Assembly: GCA_964410055.1 (NCBI GenBank)
Contig: CAYPGK010000003.1
Coordinates: 2,557-66,556 of the forward strand
Direction: 5' to 3'
DNA from: an uncultured Gemmatimonadaceae bacterium
Lineage (GTDB): Bacteria; Gemmatimonadota; Gemmatimonadetes; Longimicrobiales; RSA9
DNA length: 64,000 nt
Positions within the stretch are counted from its first letter, which is position 1; each line of letters starts with the position of its first letter. Position numbers and translations under genes: made by a program. Of the stretch, positions 38,614-48,319 are shown in pieces. The notes below the pieces were generated by a model. That model was not told where the DNA came from, did not search any database, and worked only from the letters and a program-made list of their open reading frames with translations.

Positions 38614-39167
38614 GACTGTTCATCGGGTTGAGCCTGCCGGCCGACGTGCGCGACACGGTGTACGAGGCGGCGGCGCCGCTCCGGGATGCCGGGTTCCCGG
38701 TGCGCTGGGTGGAGGCGGAGTCGCTCCACGTCACGCTCAAGTTCCTGGGGTGGGTGAGGCCGGAGCGTGTCGACGAGATCCGCGAGACGATGGCTGGCGC
38801 CACGGCGAACACGCGACCCTTCGAGCTGCGCGTGGGCGGGATCGGCGCGTTCCCGTCGCTTCGACGTCCGAGAGTGATCTGGGTCGGCGTGGAGGCGACG
38901 CCGCCGCTGCGAGGACTCAAGCAGGACCTGGAGTGGGCCTTCGCCGGGCTGGGCTTCGAGACGGAGCTGCGCGCGTTCCAGCCGCACATCACGCTGGGTC
39001 GTGCGCTGCGCGAGGCGGGCGCCGGTGATTTCCGCGAGCTCGAGGCCGTCCTCGACGAGGTCGATGCGACCGCCGTGGTCCCCATTCGGGAGATCGACCT
39101 GATACGGAGTCACCTTTCGCCATCGGGCGCACGTTACGAGCGGATCGCCTCCGCGCCGCTGGGGTAG
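38610..39167 (+). CDS. thpR: RNA 2',3'-cyclic phosphodiesterase ThpR (2H phosphoesterase / LigT)
   Basis: MRLFIGL plus two HxT/Sx motifs (HVTLKF, HITLGR). ATGA overlap with the upstream stop. Confidence 0.85.
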   Translation: MRLFIGLSLPADVRDTVYEAAAPLRDAGFPVRWVEAESLHVTLKFLGWVRPERVDEIRETMAGATANTRPFELRVGGIGAFPSLRRPRVIWVGVEATPPLRGLKQDLEWAFAGLGFETELRAFQPHITLGRALREAGAGDFRELEAVLDEVDATAVVPIREIDLIRSHLSPSGARYERIASAPLG

Positions 39168-39200
39168 AGTCGAATCGGTCGGAAGGGGAGGGATCGGCGA

Positions 39201-39854
39201 GTGTTCGGACTGCTCGGAGGCTGTGTGCGGCGATTGTTCACGCTCCTGCTCGTGGCCGGCGCGGTCGCCCTGGCGTGGCACCAGCGCGACCGCATCCTCG
39301 CGGTGTGGCGAAGCTACACCGGAGGCGCCGCGAGCGCGCAGGTCCCGAGCCCCGAGCTCGCCGATTCCGCGCAGGCGAAGCTGGCTTCGCTGACCAGCGA
39401 TCGTGAGCGCGTCGCGCTCTCCGAGGCGGAGATCCAGAGCCTGGTGCAGTTCCGCGTTGCGAGCTACCTGCCGAAGTACATCGTCGCACCCCAGGTGTCG
39501 CTGGAGCGGGACCGGCTGCGGGTCCAGGCGCGTGTGCCGACCGCCGAATTCCCGCGCATGGATGAGCTGGTCGACGTGATCGGCTTCCTGCCGGACACGA
39601 CGCTCATCGGCGTCACGGGCAAGTTGATCCCTCTTGCGGGCCCGCGGGTGGGACTCGCCGTCGACGAACTCACGGCGGCGCGCGTTCCACTCCCGCGGGG
39701 GTTGATCCCGACCGTGCTGCGACGGTTCGGCCGGACGGACGAGCCGGGGCTGCCGCCCGACGCGCTGGCGCTCCCGCTCCCGGCCGGGGCGTCGACGGCG
39801 TACGTACGCGGCGATTCGGTGATCTTCCTGCCCCACTACGATCGGGGCCGCTGA
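39201..39854 (+). CDS. hypothetical membrane-anchored protein
   Basis: GTG at 39201 after GGGGAGGGA. N-terminal TM LFTLLLVAGAVALAW. No family recognised. It ends 9 nt before the sigma-54 activator gene. Confidence 0.55.
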   Translation: MFGLLGGCVRRLFTLLLVAGAVALAWHQRDRILAVWRSYTGGAASAQVPSPELADSAQAKLASLTSDRERVALSEAEIQSLVQFRVASYLPKYIVAPQVSLERDRLRVQARVPTAEFPRMDELVDVIGFLPDTTLIGVTGKLIPLAGPRVGLAVDELTAARVPLPRGLIPTVLRRFGRTDEPGLPPDALALPLPAGASTAYVRGDSVIFLPHYDRGR

Positions 39855-39863
39855 GGCACGAGC

Positions 39864-41228
39864 ATGGCACGCATTCTCATTGTCGACGACGAGGACGGGA
39901 TCCGGAAGGTCCTCCGGCAGCTCCTGGAGTACGAGGGCCACGAAGTCCGCGCCGCGAGCGGCGGCGGGGAGGCGATCGGCGTATTCGAGGAATTCGAGCC
40001 CGACCTGACCTTCCTGGACGTGAAGATGGCGCGCATGGACGGGCTCGAAGTCCTCATGCGGCTGCGCGAGATCGACCCGGACGCGCTCGTGGTCATGATC
40101 AGCGGACACGGGACGATCGAGACCGCCGTCGAGGCGACGCGCCGCGGTGCGTACGACTTCCTGGAGAAGCCGCTCGACACCGACAGGATCCTGGTGACGC
40201 TTCGCAACGCGCTCCAGCAGCGGGGTCTGGTCCAGGAGAACGCCCGGCTTCGGGGCGAGGTGGAGAGCCGCCACGAGATCGTGGGGAGCAGCTTCGCGAT
40301 CCGCGCGCTCCTGGACCGGCTCGAGAAGGTGGCGCCGACCGACGCGCGCGTGCTGATCACGGGCGAGAACGGCACGGGGAAGGAGCTGGTCGCGCGGGCG
40401 ATCCACCGCCTCTCCACGCGTGCGGACGCGCCGTTCGTCGAGGTGAACTGCGCCGCGATCCCGGCCGAGTTGATCGAGAGCGAGCTCTTCGGTCACATGA
40501 AAGGTTCGTTCACCGGCGCGTTCGCGGACCGGAGCGGCAAGTTCGAGCAGGCGGACGGCGGTACGCTGTTCCTGGACGAGATCGGCGACATGAGCCCGGC
40601 TGCGCAGGCCAAGGTGCTGCGTGCGCTCCAGGAGGGCGTCATCACGCGGGTCGGCGGCGAGCGGCCGATCCGTGTCGACGTGCGCGTCATCGCCGCGACG
40701 AACAAGGATCTGAAGCAGGAGATCGCGCGAGGCCGCTTCCGCGAGGACCTCTACTTCCGGCTGAACGTGGTGCCGATCCACGTGCCCCCGCTCCGGGAGC
40801 GCCGCGAGGACATCCCGATGCTGGTCCGCCACTTCGCGCAGGTCGCCGTGGAGCGGCAGCGGCTGCCCGAGCGCGAGTTCTCGCCCGCCGCCATCGAGCG
40901 GCTGTGCGCCATGGACTGGCCCGGCAACGTGCGCGAGCTGAGGAACACCGTCGAGCGGCTGCTGATCCTGGCCCGAGGGCCGGAGATCGGCCCCGCCGAC
41001 GTAGACCGGATGGTGGGCGCCGCGCCCGAGGCCGGCGGGCTGCCCGGCGAGCTGCTCCAGGCGCCGACGTTCGCGGTCTTCAAGGAGCGGGCGGAGCGGG
41101 CGTTCATCCTCGCCAAGTTGCGCGAGTACGACTGGAACGTGAGCGAAACCGCGCGCTCGATCGACATGCCTCGCTCGAACCTCTACAAGAAGATCGAGCG
41201 CTACGGCCTCGTGCGCGAAGAGGCGTAA
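39864..41228 (+). CDS. sigma-54-dependent response regulator (NtrC/AtoC-type enhancer-binding protein)
   Basis: Receiver ([18 protein letters not shown]..), AAA+ domain with Walker [15 protein letters not shown]-loop variant GSFTGA and ESELFGH, and a C-terminal Fis-type HTH ([17 protein letters not shown]). Confidence 0.93.
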   Translation: MARILIVDDEDGIRKVLRQLLEYEGHEVRAASGGGEAIGVFEEFEPDLTFLDVKMARMDGLEVLMRLREIDPDALVVMISGHGTIETAVEATRRGAYDFLEKPLDTDRILVTLRNALQQRGLVQENARLRGEVESRHEIVGSSFAIRALLDRLEKVAPTDARVLITGENGTGKELVARAIHRLSTRADAPFVEVNCAAIPAELIESELFGHMKGSFTGAFADRSGKFEQADGGTLFLDEIGDMSPAAQAKVLRALQEGVITRVGGERPIRVDVRVIAATNKDLKQEIARGRFREDLYFRLNVVPIHVPPLRERREDIPMLVRHFAQVAVERQRLPEREFSPAAIERLCAMDWPGNVRELRNTVERLLILARGPEIGPADVDRMVGAAPEAGGLPGELLQAPTFAVFKERAERAFILAKLREYDWNVSETARSIDMPRSNLYKKIERYGLVREEA

Positions 41229-41317
41229 CGCGGCCGTCGCGCTCTTGCCATTCGCGGCGGCACGCTCCAGAATCCCCCAAACGACGACCACGGCGGTGCA
41301 CGCCGCCCGAGGGAGGA

Positions 41318-42823
41318 ATGATGGCTGAGACGTTCCGGAACTTCATTGCCGGCGAGTGGGTCGAGCCGGCCACAGGCGAGTATTTCGAGAATCGCAACCC
41401 CGCGGACACGACGGACCTGATCGGGCTCTTCCCCCGGTCGGGGAAGGAAGACGTCGAGCGCGCGGTCCGGTCGGCGAAGGAAGGGTTCGAGCGCTGGCGC
41501 CGCACGCCTGCGCCGCAGCGAGGCGACGTGCTCCGCCGCGTCGGCGACCTGCTGACCGAGCGCAAGGAAGAGCTCGCCCGCGTCATGACCCGCGAGATGG
41601 GGAAGGTCCTCCAGGAGACGCGCGGCGACGTGCAGGAGGGGATCGACACCGCGTACTACGCCGCGACGGAGGGGCGCCGGCTGTTCGGCCACACCGTCCC
41701 GAGCGAGCTCCGCGACAAGTGGGCGATGACGTACCGTCGCCCGATCGGCGTCTGCGGCCTGATCACGCCGTTCAACTTCCCGCTCGCGATCCCGACGTGG
41801 AAGATGTTCCCCGCGCTCCTCGGCGGGAACTCGGTCATCCTCAAGCCGGCCGAGGACGTGCCGCACACGGCGACGATCCTGGTCGAGATCCTGCTCGAGG
41901 CCGGGCTGCCGCCGGACGTGGTCCAGCTCGTCCACGGCTTCGGCGAGGAGGTCGGCGCGGCGATCGTCGAGCACCCGGAGATCCCGGTCATCTCCTTCAC
42001 CGGCTCGACCGCGACGGGCTCGAAGATCGGCGAGGTCTGCGGCCGCATGCACAAGCGGCTATCGCTCGAGATGGGCGGGAAGAACGCGCAGATCGTCATG
42101 CCCGACGCCGACATGGAGCTGGCGCTCGACGGCGTGCTCTGGGGCGCGTTCGGCACGACCGGCCAGCGCTGCACCGCGACGAGCCGGCTCCTGCTCCACG
42201 AGGACATCCACGATGCGTTCCTCGACCGGCTGGTCGAGCGGGTCCGGGCGCTCCGCCTGGGGAACGGGCTCGAAGACGGGACGGACGTGGGGCCGCTCAT
42301 CAACGAGCAGGCGCTGGACAAGGTCGAGTCCTACGTCCAGATCGCGCGCGAAGAGGGCGACGAGGTGCTGACCGGCGGCAGCCGCGCGACGGGCGGCGCG
42401 CTCGACGGCGGCTTCTTCTACGAGCCGACGATCCTGCGCGGCGTGCGCCCCGGGAGCCGGCTGGCGTTGGAGGAGGTCTTCGGCCCGGTCCTAAGCGTGA
42501 TCCGCTTCCGCGACCTGGACGAGGCGATCCGCATCAACAACGAAGTCGAGTACGGCCTCTCGAGCTCGATCTACACGCGCGACGTCCAGGCGTCGTTCCG
42601 GGCGATGGCCGAGCTCGACAACGGGATCACCTACGTCAACGCGCCGACGATCGGCGCCGAGGCGCACCTGCCCTTCGGCGGAGTCAAGAAGACGGGCAAC
42701 GGCCACCGGGAAGGCGGTTGGGAGGTCTTCGACTTCTACACGGAAACCAAGGTCGTCTACGTCGATTACTCGGGTCGGCTCCAGCGGGCCCAGATTGACA
42801 CGTACGCCGCGAGCCCGTATTAG
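41318..42823 (+). CDS. NAD(P)-dependent aldehyde dehydrogenase
   Basis: FTGSTATG, catalytic Glu LEMGGKNA, catalytic Cys GQRCTATSR and EEVFGPV. The start is ATG 41318 or 41321, after GGGAGG. Confidence 0.93.
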   Translation: MMAETFRNFIAGEWVEPATGEYFENRNPADTTDLIGLFPRSGKEDVERAVRSAKEGFERWRRTPAPQRGDVLRRVGDLLTERKEELARVMTREMGKVLQETRGDVQEGIDTAYYAATEGRRLFGHTVPSELRDKWAMTYRRPIGVCGLITPFNFPLAIPTWKMFPALLGGNSVILKPAEDVPHTATILVEILLEAGLPPDVVQLVHGFGEEVGAAIVEHPEIPVISFTGSTATGSKIGEVCGRMHKRLSLEMGGKNAQIVMPDADMELALDGVLWGAFGTTGQRCTATSRLLLHEDIHDAFLDRLVERVRALRLGNGLEDGTDVGPLINEQALDKVESYVQIAREEGDEVLTGGSRATGGALDGGFFYEPTILRGVRPGSRLALEEVFGPVLSVIRFRDLDEAIRINNEVEYGLSSSIYTRDVQASFRAMAELDNGITYVNAPTIGAEAHLPFGGVKKTGNGHREGGWEVFDFYTETKVVYVDYSGRLQRAQIDTYAASPY

Positions 42824-43005
42824 AGTGAAGAGTGGCCCGGCGCGGGAACGCGCTCGTGCCAGGCCGGGTACGATGGGCGGCGCCGGGCGGCACGTCCGGT
42901 CGCATGGTTCGTGGAACACAACCTGCTATGTGACGCCGCGGCCCGACGGGCTCGCAAGACATTGGGCGGGCTCGTCGGGACCCATCGGAATCCGTACCAT
43001 CGGGA

Positions 43006-43785
43006 GTGCGAGTGAAGCGAGACGCAACCCGGTCCGAAGCCGAGGGCCGGACGCAGGACGTGGACGGTCGGAAGGACGACCGGGCGCAGGGATCGGTTTC
43101 TTTCGGTCGCTGGGCCTGGGAGTGGATCAAGTCGATCGCGATCGCGGTCGTCTTGTTCCTCGTGATTCGGACGTTCCTGGTCGAAGCGTTCCGCATTCCC
43201 ACCGGCAGCATGGAGAAGACGCTGCTAGTCGGTGACTTCCTGCTCGTCAACAAGGCCGTCTACGGAGCCCAGCTCCCCGGGACCAAGCTCGAGCTGCCCG
43301 CCTTCGCTTCACCGAAGCGAGGCGACATCGTCGTCTTCACGCCGCCGCACGAGCCGGACAAGAACTACGTGAAGCGGCTCGTCGGCACGCCGGGCGACAC
43401 GCTGGCCATGCGCGACAAGGTCCTCTACATCAACGGCGAGCCGCAGGTCGAGCCCTACGTCCAGCACTCGGACCCGTCCGGTCAGTCCATCCACCTGCCG
43501 GACATGTACTGGCAGCGGAACTACCTGGTGCCGGGGATCGACCCGGATCAGTACCGTCCGACCCGGGACAATTGGGGGCCGATCATCGTGCCCGAGGGGC
43601 GGTACTTCGTCCTCGGTGACAACCGCGACGACTCCGAAGACTCCCGCTACTGGGGCTTCGTCGACGATGCGGCCATCAAGGGAAAGCCGCTCTTCATCTA
43701 CTACTCGTTCGATCCGAACGTCTTGCGGCCGTTCCCCTGGATCACCGAGATCCGGTGGGGCCGCATCGGAGGATCCATCCGCTAG
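43006..43785 (+). CDS. lepB: signal peptidase I
   Basis: TM segment followed by the catalytic Ser in IPTGSMEKTL, Lys box YVKRLVGTPGD and GDNRDDSEDSRYWGFV. Confidence 0.9.
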   Translation: MRVKRDATRSEAEGRTQDVDGRKDDRAQGSVSFGRWAWEWIKSIAIAVVLFLVIRTFLVEAFRIPTGSMEKTLLVGDFLLVNKAVYGAQLPGTKLELPAFASPKRGDIVVFTPPHEPDKNYVKRLVGTPGDTLAMRDKVLYINGEPQVEPYVQHSDPSGQSIHLPDMYWQRNYLVPGIDPDQYRPTRDNWGPIIVPEGRYFVLGDNRDDSEDSRYWGFVDDAAIKGKPLFIYYSFDPNVLRPFPWITEIRWGRIGGSIR

Positions 43786-43936
43786 GGGCGCCGGGCGCGG
43801 CCGCGCCCGGCAATTCCGCCCGACTTTCCTCAACTCGGGGCACGACGCCCCCTTAATGCGGGGCGGTCTGGTATACATTACACGAAGCCGGGTCCGTATC
43901 CGTACCATCCACTGCGAAGCAGCCCCGGAGCACGGC

Positions 43937-44794
43937 ATGAGCTTCAACTCGTCGCGTAAGCAGACTCACGAAGAGAGCTCACTCGACCAGTATCTCAGGG
44001 AGATCAGCGCCTACCCCCTCCTCACGCGTGAAGAGGAGGTGGAGCTCGCCCGTCGGATCAAGAAGGGCGACCAGGAGGCGCTCGACATCCTGGTCCGATC
44101 CAACCTTCGCTTCGTCGTCTCCGTTGCCAAAAAGTACCAGAACCAGGGCGTCGCGTTGGGCGACCTCATCAACGAAGGCAACCTCGGCCTCATCCGCGCC
44201 GGGCAGAAGTTCGATGAGACCAAGGGGATCAAGTTCATCTCCTACGCGGTGTGGTGGATCCGACAGGCGATCCTCCAGGCGCTGGCCGAGCAGAGCAGGA
44301 TCGTACGCGTCCCGCTCAATCGTGCGGGCGCCCTGCACAGGATCGGGAAACGGACCTCCGCACTCCTCCAGGAGCTCGGCCGCGAGCCGACTCCGGAAGA
44401 GATCGCCGAGGACCTCGACATCTCCGAGGAAGAGGTCGAACGCACCCTCGCCCTCTCACAGACGCACCTCTCGCTCGATGCGCCCCTGATCCCCGGAGAA
44501 GACAGCCGATTACTCGATTACCTGCCGGATCAGTTCTCGCCCGCGCCCGACGACGAGACCTACGAACGCGCCCTCTCCGTCACGATCGAAGAGGCGCTCA
44601 GCACGCTCAAGGAACGCGAGGCCAAAATCCTTCGCCTCTACTTCGGTCTCGATGGCCAGGAGCCGATGACATTGGAGGAGATCGGCTCGCTCCTCGGCAT
44701 CACGCGCGAGCGCGTCCGCCAGATCAAGGAGCGCGCCCTCGCCCGCCTGCGCCACGCCTCCCGCGCCCGCTTCCTGGAAACCTTCCTCAGCTGA
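43937..44794 (+). CDS. rpoD: primary-type RNA polymerase sigma factor, short FCB-group form (285 aa, no region 1.1/NCR)
   Basis: Internal ATG at 43937. [71 protein letters not shown] closely matches the Bacteroidetes-type sigma-A. Region 4.2 is [23 protein letters not shown]. Confidence 0.9.
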   Translation: MSFNSSRKQTHEESSLDQYLREISAYPLLTREEEVELARRIKKGDQEALDILVRSNLRFVVSVAKKYQNQGVALGDLINEGNLGLIRAGQKFDETKGIKFISYAVWWIRQAILQALAEQSRIVRVPLNRAGALHRIGKRTSALLQELGREPTPEEIAEDLDISEEEVERTLALSQTHLSLDAPLIPGEDSRLLDYLPDQFSPAPDDETYERALSVTIEEALSTLKEREAKILRLYFGLDGQEPMTLEEIGSLLGITRERVRQIKERALARLRHASRARFLETFLS

Positions 44795-44805
44795 CGTTCT
44801 ATCCG

Positions 44806-44825
44806 CTCCGCGCGCAGGCGCGGAG
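44806..44825 (+). terminator. short GC hairpin after rpoD
   Basis: CTCCGCGC-GCAG-GCGCGGAG is an 8-bp perfect stem with a 4-nt loop, 12 nt after the rpoD stop. No U-tract. Confidence 0.35.
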
Positions 44826-44827
44826 GC

Positions 44828-44856
44828 TTGACACATCCACGGCTTTCGGGTATCGT
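44828..44856 (+). promoter_or_regulatory. candidate sigma-70-type promoter for rplM-rpsI
   Basis: TTGACA (44828-44833), a 17-nt spacer, then TATCGT (44851-44856), 43 nt upstream of the rplM ATG. The promoter consensus of this lineage is not known to me. Confidence 0.35.
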
Positions 44857-44898
44857 TCAGGTCTGTGCCGCTTTGCGCTTGGTACTGACGGGGATCGC

Positions 44899-45327
44899 AT
44901 GAAAACGTATTCGCCGAAGGCTTCCGAGATCCATCACGACTGGTGGGTCGTCGATGCGGAGGACAAGGTTCTGGGCAGGCTCGCCAGCGAAGTGGCGAAG
45001 ATCCTGCGCGGCAAGCACAAGCCGACGTACAGTCCGCACATGGACATGGGCGACTACGTGGTAGTCGTCAACGCGGACAAGGTTCGACTCACCGGCAACA
45101 AGCTCGAGACGAAGAAGTACTTCCGTCACACGGGGTACATGGGCGGTGAGAAGTTCACGCCTATCAAGGACATGCTGGCGCGGCACCCGGAGCGGGTGAT
45201 CGAGCTGGCGGTCAAGGGTATGCTGCCGAAGACCAACCTGGGTCGGCTGATGAGGAAGAAGCTGCGGGTGTACGCCGGGCCGAAGCATCCGCACGAGGGT
45301 CAGCAGCCGAAGCCTCTGGAGATCTGA
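44899..45327 (+). CDS. rplM: 50S ribosomal protein L13
   Basis: [42 protein letters not shown]... Confidence 0.95.
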   Translation: MKTYSPKASEIHHDWWVVDAEDKVLGRLASEVAKILRGKHKPTYSPHMDMGDYVVVVNADKVRLTGNKLETKKYFRHTGYMGGEKFTPIKDMLARHPERVIELAVKGMLPKTNLGRLMRKKLRVYAGPKHPHEGQQPKPLEI

Positions 45328-45328
45328 A

Positions 45329-45727
45329 ATGGCGACGAAGGTGGAGCAGTACCAGGGCACGGGCCGTCGCAAGACGAGCGTCGCGCGGGTGTATCTGCGT
45401 CCCGGGACGGGGAGCTGGGAGGTCAACGGTCGTCCGCTGGCCGAATATCTGCCGCGGCCCTCTCTGCAGCAGCACGCGCAGGAGCCGCTGGTCGTGGCGG
45501 ATCAGCAGGGTCGTTTCGACGTGAAGGTGACCGTCGATGGCGGCGGTCACACGGGTCAGGCCGGAGCGATCCGGCTGGCGCTCGCTCGCGCGCTGGTGAG
45601 CTTCGACCCCGATCTGCGGGGCGTGCTGCGTGAGCGTGGTCTGCTGACGCGCGATGCGCGCGAGGTGGAGCGCAAGAAGCCGGGTCAGCCGGGTGCGCGC
45701 AAGCGGTTCCAGTTCTCGAAGCGCTGA
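45329..45727 (+). CDS. rpsI: 30S ribosomal protein S9
   Basis: GTGRRKTSVARVYLRPG...GGGHTGQAGAIRLALARAL...RKKPGQPGARKRFQFSKR. Confidence 0.95.
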   Translation: MATKVEQYQGTGRRKTSVARVYLRPGTGSWEVNGRPLAEYLPRPSLQQHAQEPLVVADQQGRFDVKVTVDGGGHTGQAGAIRLALARALVSFDPDLRGVLRERGLLTRDAREVERKKPGQPGARKRFQFSKR

Positions 45728-45852
45728 TCCGGTTGTCGAGGCGCTGAGCCGGCACATTACACACACCGCTGGACGCCATGCTGGGGTCCCGTGAGGGCAG
45801 CGCGGCGGGGGAAGGCGGTGGAAGGTCAACCCCACGAGGAGAGGCGTCGTAC

Positions 45853-46725
45853 ATGGCGGAGGTACAGCTCAAGGACCTGCTGGAGGCAGGGGTCCACTTC
45901 GGGCATCAGACGAGCCGTTGGAATCCGAAGATGCGTCGTTACATCTTCGCGGAGCGCAACGGCATCTACATCATCGACCTCAAGAAGACGCAGCAGGCGC
46001 TGCAGCGGGCGCAGGAAGTCGTGCGCGAAGTGACGCTGCAGGGTGAGCGAGTGCTCTTCGTTTGCACCAAGCGCCAGCTCCGTCCGATCATCGAGCAGGA
46101 GGCCAGCCGCTGCGAGTCGCACTACGTGACGGAGCGGTGGCTCGGCGGGATGCTCACGAACTTCCAGACGATCAAGAAGCAGATCCGGCGGCTGAAGGAT
46201 CTGGAGCGCGGCATGGAGGAGGGCTCTTTCGAGTTCTACACGAAGAAGGAGCGTCTGCTTCTGGACCGCGAGCGCGAGAAGCTCGAGAAGTACCTGGCGG
46301 GCGTGAAGGACATGGGCCGTCTGCCGGGTGCGGTCTTCGTGGTCGACGCGAAGAAGGAGCACATCGCGGTCAAGGAGGCGAACAAGCTCGGGATCCCGGT
46401 GATCGCGATCGCGGACACGAACGCGGATCCGGACGTGATCGACTACCCGATCCCGGGGAACGACGACGCGATTCGGTCGGTCTCGCTGATCACGGGTGCG
46501 ATCGCGGACACGATCGAGCAGGCGCGTCGCGAGCTGCCGCCGGAGGCGCGTCGTCGGGCGGCGGAGGCGGAGGCGGTGACGTACTCGTCGGAGACGGGGA
46601 TGGCGCAGGAAGAGGAGGAACGTCGTCCGCGTCGTCGTCCGCGTCGCCGGCGCCGTCCGCGTCCGGAGGCGATCGCAACACTGCGGACGGGCGAAGAGGG
46701 CGAGGGAGAGGGCGAGGAGGCGTAG
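45853..46725 (+). CDS. rpsB: 30S ribosomal protein S2 (with Arg-rich/acidic C-terminal tail)
   Basis: ATG at 45853 after [32 protein letters not shown] ~60-aa tail follows: ...[38 protein letters not shown]. Confidence 0.95.
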   Translation: MAEVQLKDLLEAGVHFGHQTSRWNPKMRRYIFAERNGIYIIDLKKTQQALQRAQEVVREVTLQGERVLFVCTKRQLRPIIEQEASRCESHYVTERWLGGMLTNFQTIKKQIRRLKDLERGMEEGSFEFYTKKERLLLDREREKLEKYLAGVKDMGRLPGAVFVVDAKKEHIAVKEANKLGIPVIAIADTNADPDVIDYPIPGNDDAIRSVSLITGAIADTIEQARRELPPEARRRAAEAEAVTYSSETGMAQEEEERRPRRRPRRRRRPRPEAIATLRTGEEGEGEGEEA

Positions 46726-46776
46726 TCCTTCCGCCCGTAACACTCGGCGGACCGCTCAGCGCGCGAAAGCGCTGCA

Positions 46777-46810
46777 GCGCTGCAGCCCGGCAGCCCTGCG
46801 GCGCTTTTTC
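46777..46810 (+). terminator. intrinsic terminator/attenuator between rpsB and tsf
   Basis: GCGCTGCAG (46777-46785) pairs with CTGCGGCGC (46796-46804) over 9 bp including one G-U. A T5 run follows at 46805-46809. Confidence 0.55.
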
Positions 46811-46907
46811 GCAAGCGGGCGCTGAAGCGAAGAGTCGGTCGGAACGGTTGAGACGGTCGGGGCACGACGTGGCGCCTCGACTCTGAACTGGAGAGGGGAA
46901 GGTAGAG

Positions 46908-47501
46908 ATGGCGATCAGTGCTGCGCAGGTAAAGGAGCTGAGGGAGCGGACCGGCGCCGGGATGCTGGAGTGCAAGAAGGCGCTCGAGGAGACCGGCGGC
47001 GACATGGAGAAGGCGGTCGACATCCTGCGCGCGAAGGGTGCGGCTCAGGCGGCGAAGCGCTCGGGCCGGGAGACGCGCGAGGGCGCGATCGGCAGCTACA
47101 TCCACATGGGCGGCCGGATCGGCGTGCTGATCGAGGTCAACTGTGAGACGGACTTCGTCGCGCGGACGGACGACTTCCAGGAGCTGGTCCGGGACCTGGC
47201 GATGCACATTGCGGCTGCGAACCCGCTCGCGGTGACGGCCGAGGACATTCCCCAGGAGATCGTCGAGCGGGAGCGCGCGGTCTTCCTCGAGCAGGTGAAG
47301 GAGGAGGGCCGTCCGGAGCACCTGCACGAGCGGATCGTCGAGGGGAAGATGAAGAAGTTCTTCGAGGACAACGCGCTGGTCGACCAGGCGTTCGTCAAGG
47401 ACCCGGACAAGACGATCGGGCAGCTGATCACGGAAGTTTCGGCGAAGACGGGTGAGAACATCGTCGTGCGCCGCTTCGCGCGTTTCGCCCTCGGCGAGTG
47501 A
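46908..47501 (+). CDS. tsf: translation elongation factor Ts (short form)
   Basis: [34 protein letters not shown]...[13 protein letters not shown]. Confidence 0.95.
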   Translation: MAISAAQVKELRERTGAGMLECKKALEETGGDMEKAVDILRAKGAAQAAKRSGRETREGAIGSYIHMGGRIGVLIEVNCETDFVARTDDFQELVRDLAMHIAAANPLAVTAEDIPQEIVERERAVFLEQVKEEGRPEHLHERIVEGKMKKFFEDNALVDQAFVKDPDKTIGQLITEVSAKTGENIVVRRFARFALGE

Positions 47502-47547
47502 GCCGGGGGCGTCGCCCATCTCGGGGAAGACAGACCAAGGTAAGAAC

Positions 47548-48270
47548 TTGTCGACGAACGACGAATTGAAGTACCGGCGCGTCCTGCTCAAGCTGAGCGG
47601 GGAGGCGCTGGCGGGGGAGCAGGGCTTTGGCATCGCGCCCCGGGTCGTGGACCAACTGACGGAGGAGGTCAAGTCGGTCCACGAGATGGGCGTTGCGCTG
47701 GGGCTGGTGATCGGCGGCGGCAACATCGTGCGGGGCACGCAGGCCAGCCAGCAGGGGATGGACCGGGTCAACGCCGACTACATGGGCATGTTGGCCACGA
47801 TCATCAACGCGCTGGCGCTGCAGGATCTGCTCGAGCGGAAGGGCGTCGAGACGAGGGTGATGACGGCGATCCGGATGGAGGAGCTGGCGGAGCCGTACAT
47901 CCGGCGTCGTGCGCTGCGGCACCTGGAAAAGGGCCGGGTCGTGATCTTCGCGGGCGGGACGGGGAACCCGTACTTCTCGACGGACACGGCGGCGGTGCTG
48001 CGCGCGATCGAGATGGAAGCCGACGTGATCATCAAGGCGACGAAGGTGGAAGGGGTCTACAGCGCGGATCCGGTGAAGGACCCGACGGCGAAGTTCCTGC
48101 CGCGGCTCTCCTTCATGGAGGTCATGACGCGGGAACTGGGCGTGATGGACACGGCGGCGGTTTCGTTGTGCAAGGACAACGGCCTGCCGATCATCGTGCT
48201 GAACATCCAGCGGCCGGGCGCGATCGCGGACGCGATCCGTGGTGAGCCCGTGGGCACCCTGGTCAGTTGA
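47548..48270 (+). CDS. pyrH: UMP kinase
   Basis: TTG at 47548 after AAGGTAAG gives [29 protein letters not shown] and [13 protein letters not shown] are present. Confidence 0.92.
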   Translation: MSTNDELKYRRVLLKLSGEALAGEQGFGIAPRVVDQLTEEVKSVHEMGVALGLVIGGGNIVRGTQASQQGMDRVNADYMGMLATIINALALQDLLERKGVETRVMTAIRMEELAEPYIRRRALRHLEKGRVVIFAGGTGNPYFSTDTAAVLRAIEMEADVIIKATKVEGVYSADPVKDPTAKFLPRLSFMEVMTRELGVMDTAAVSLCKDNGLPIIVLNIQRPGAIADAIRGEPVGTLVS

Positions 48271-48319
48271 GCCGACCCCGTCAAGGGAATCGAACGGATC
48301 ATCTCCGAGGGAGAGGACC

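Noticed and set aside
42981-43904. 12-mer ATCCGTACCATC present upstream of both lepB (about 42981) and rpoD (about 43893).
   Set aside because: Single shared 12-mers are expected many times by chance among all position pairs in 64 kb. There is no further flanking similarity or symmetry.
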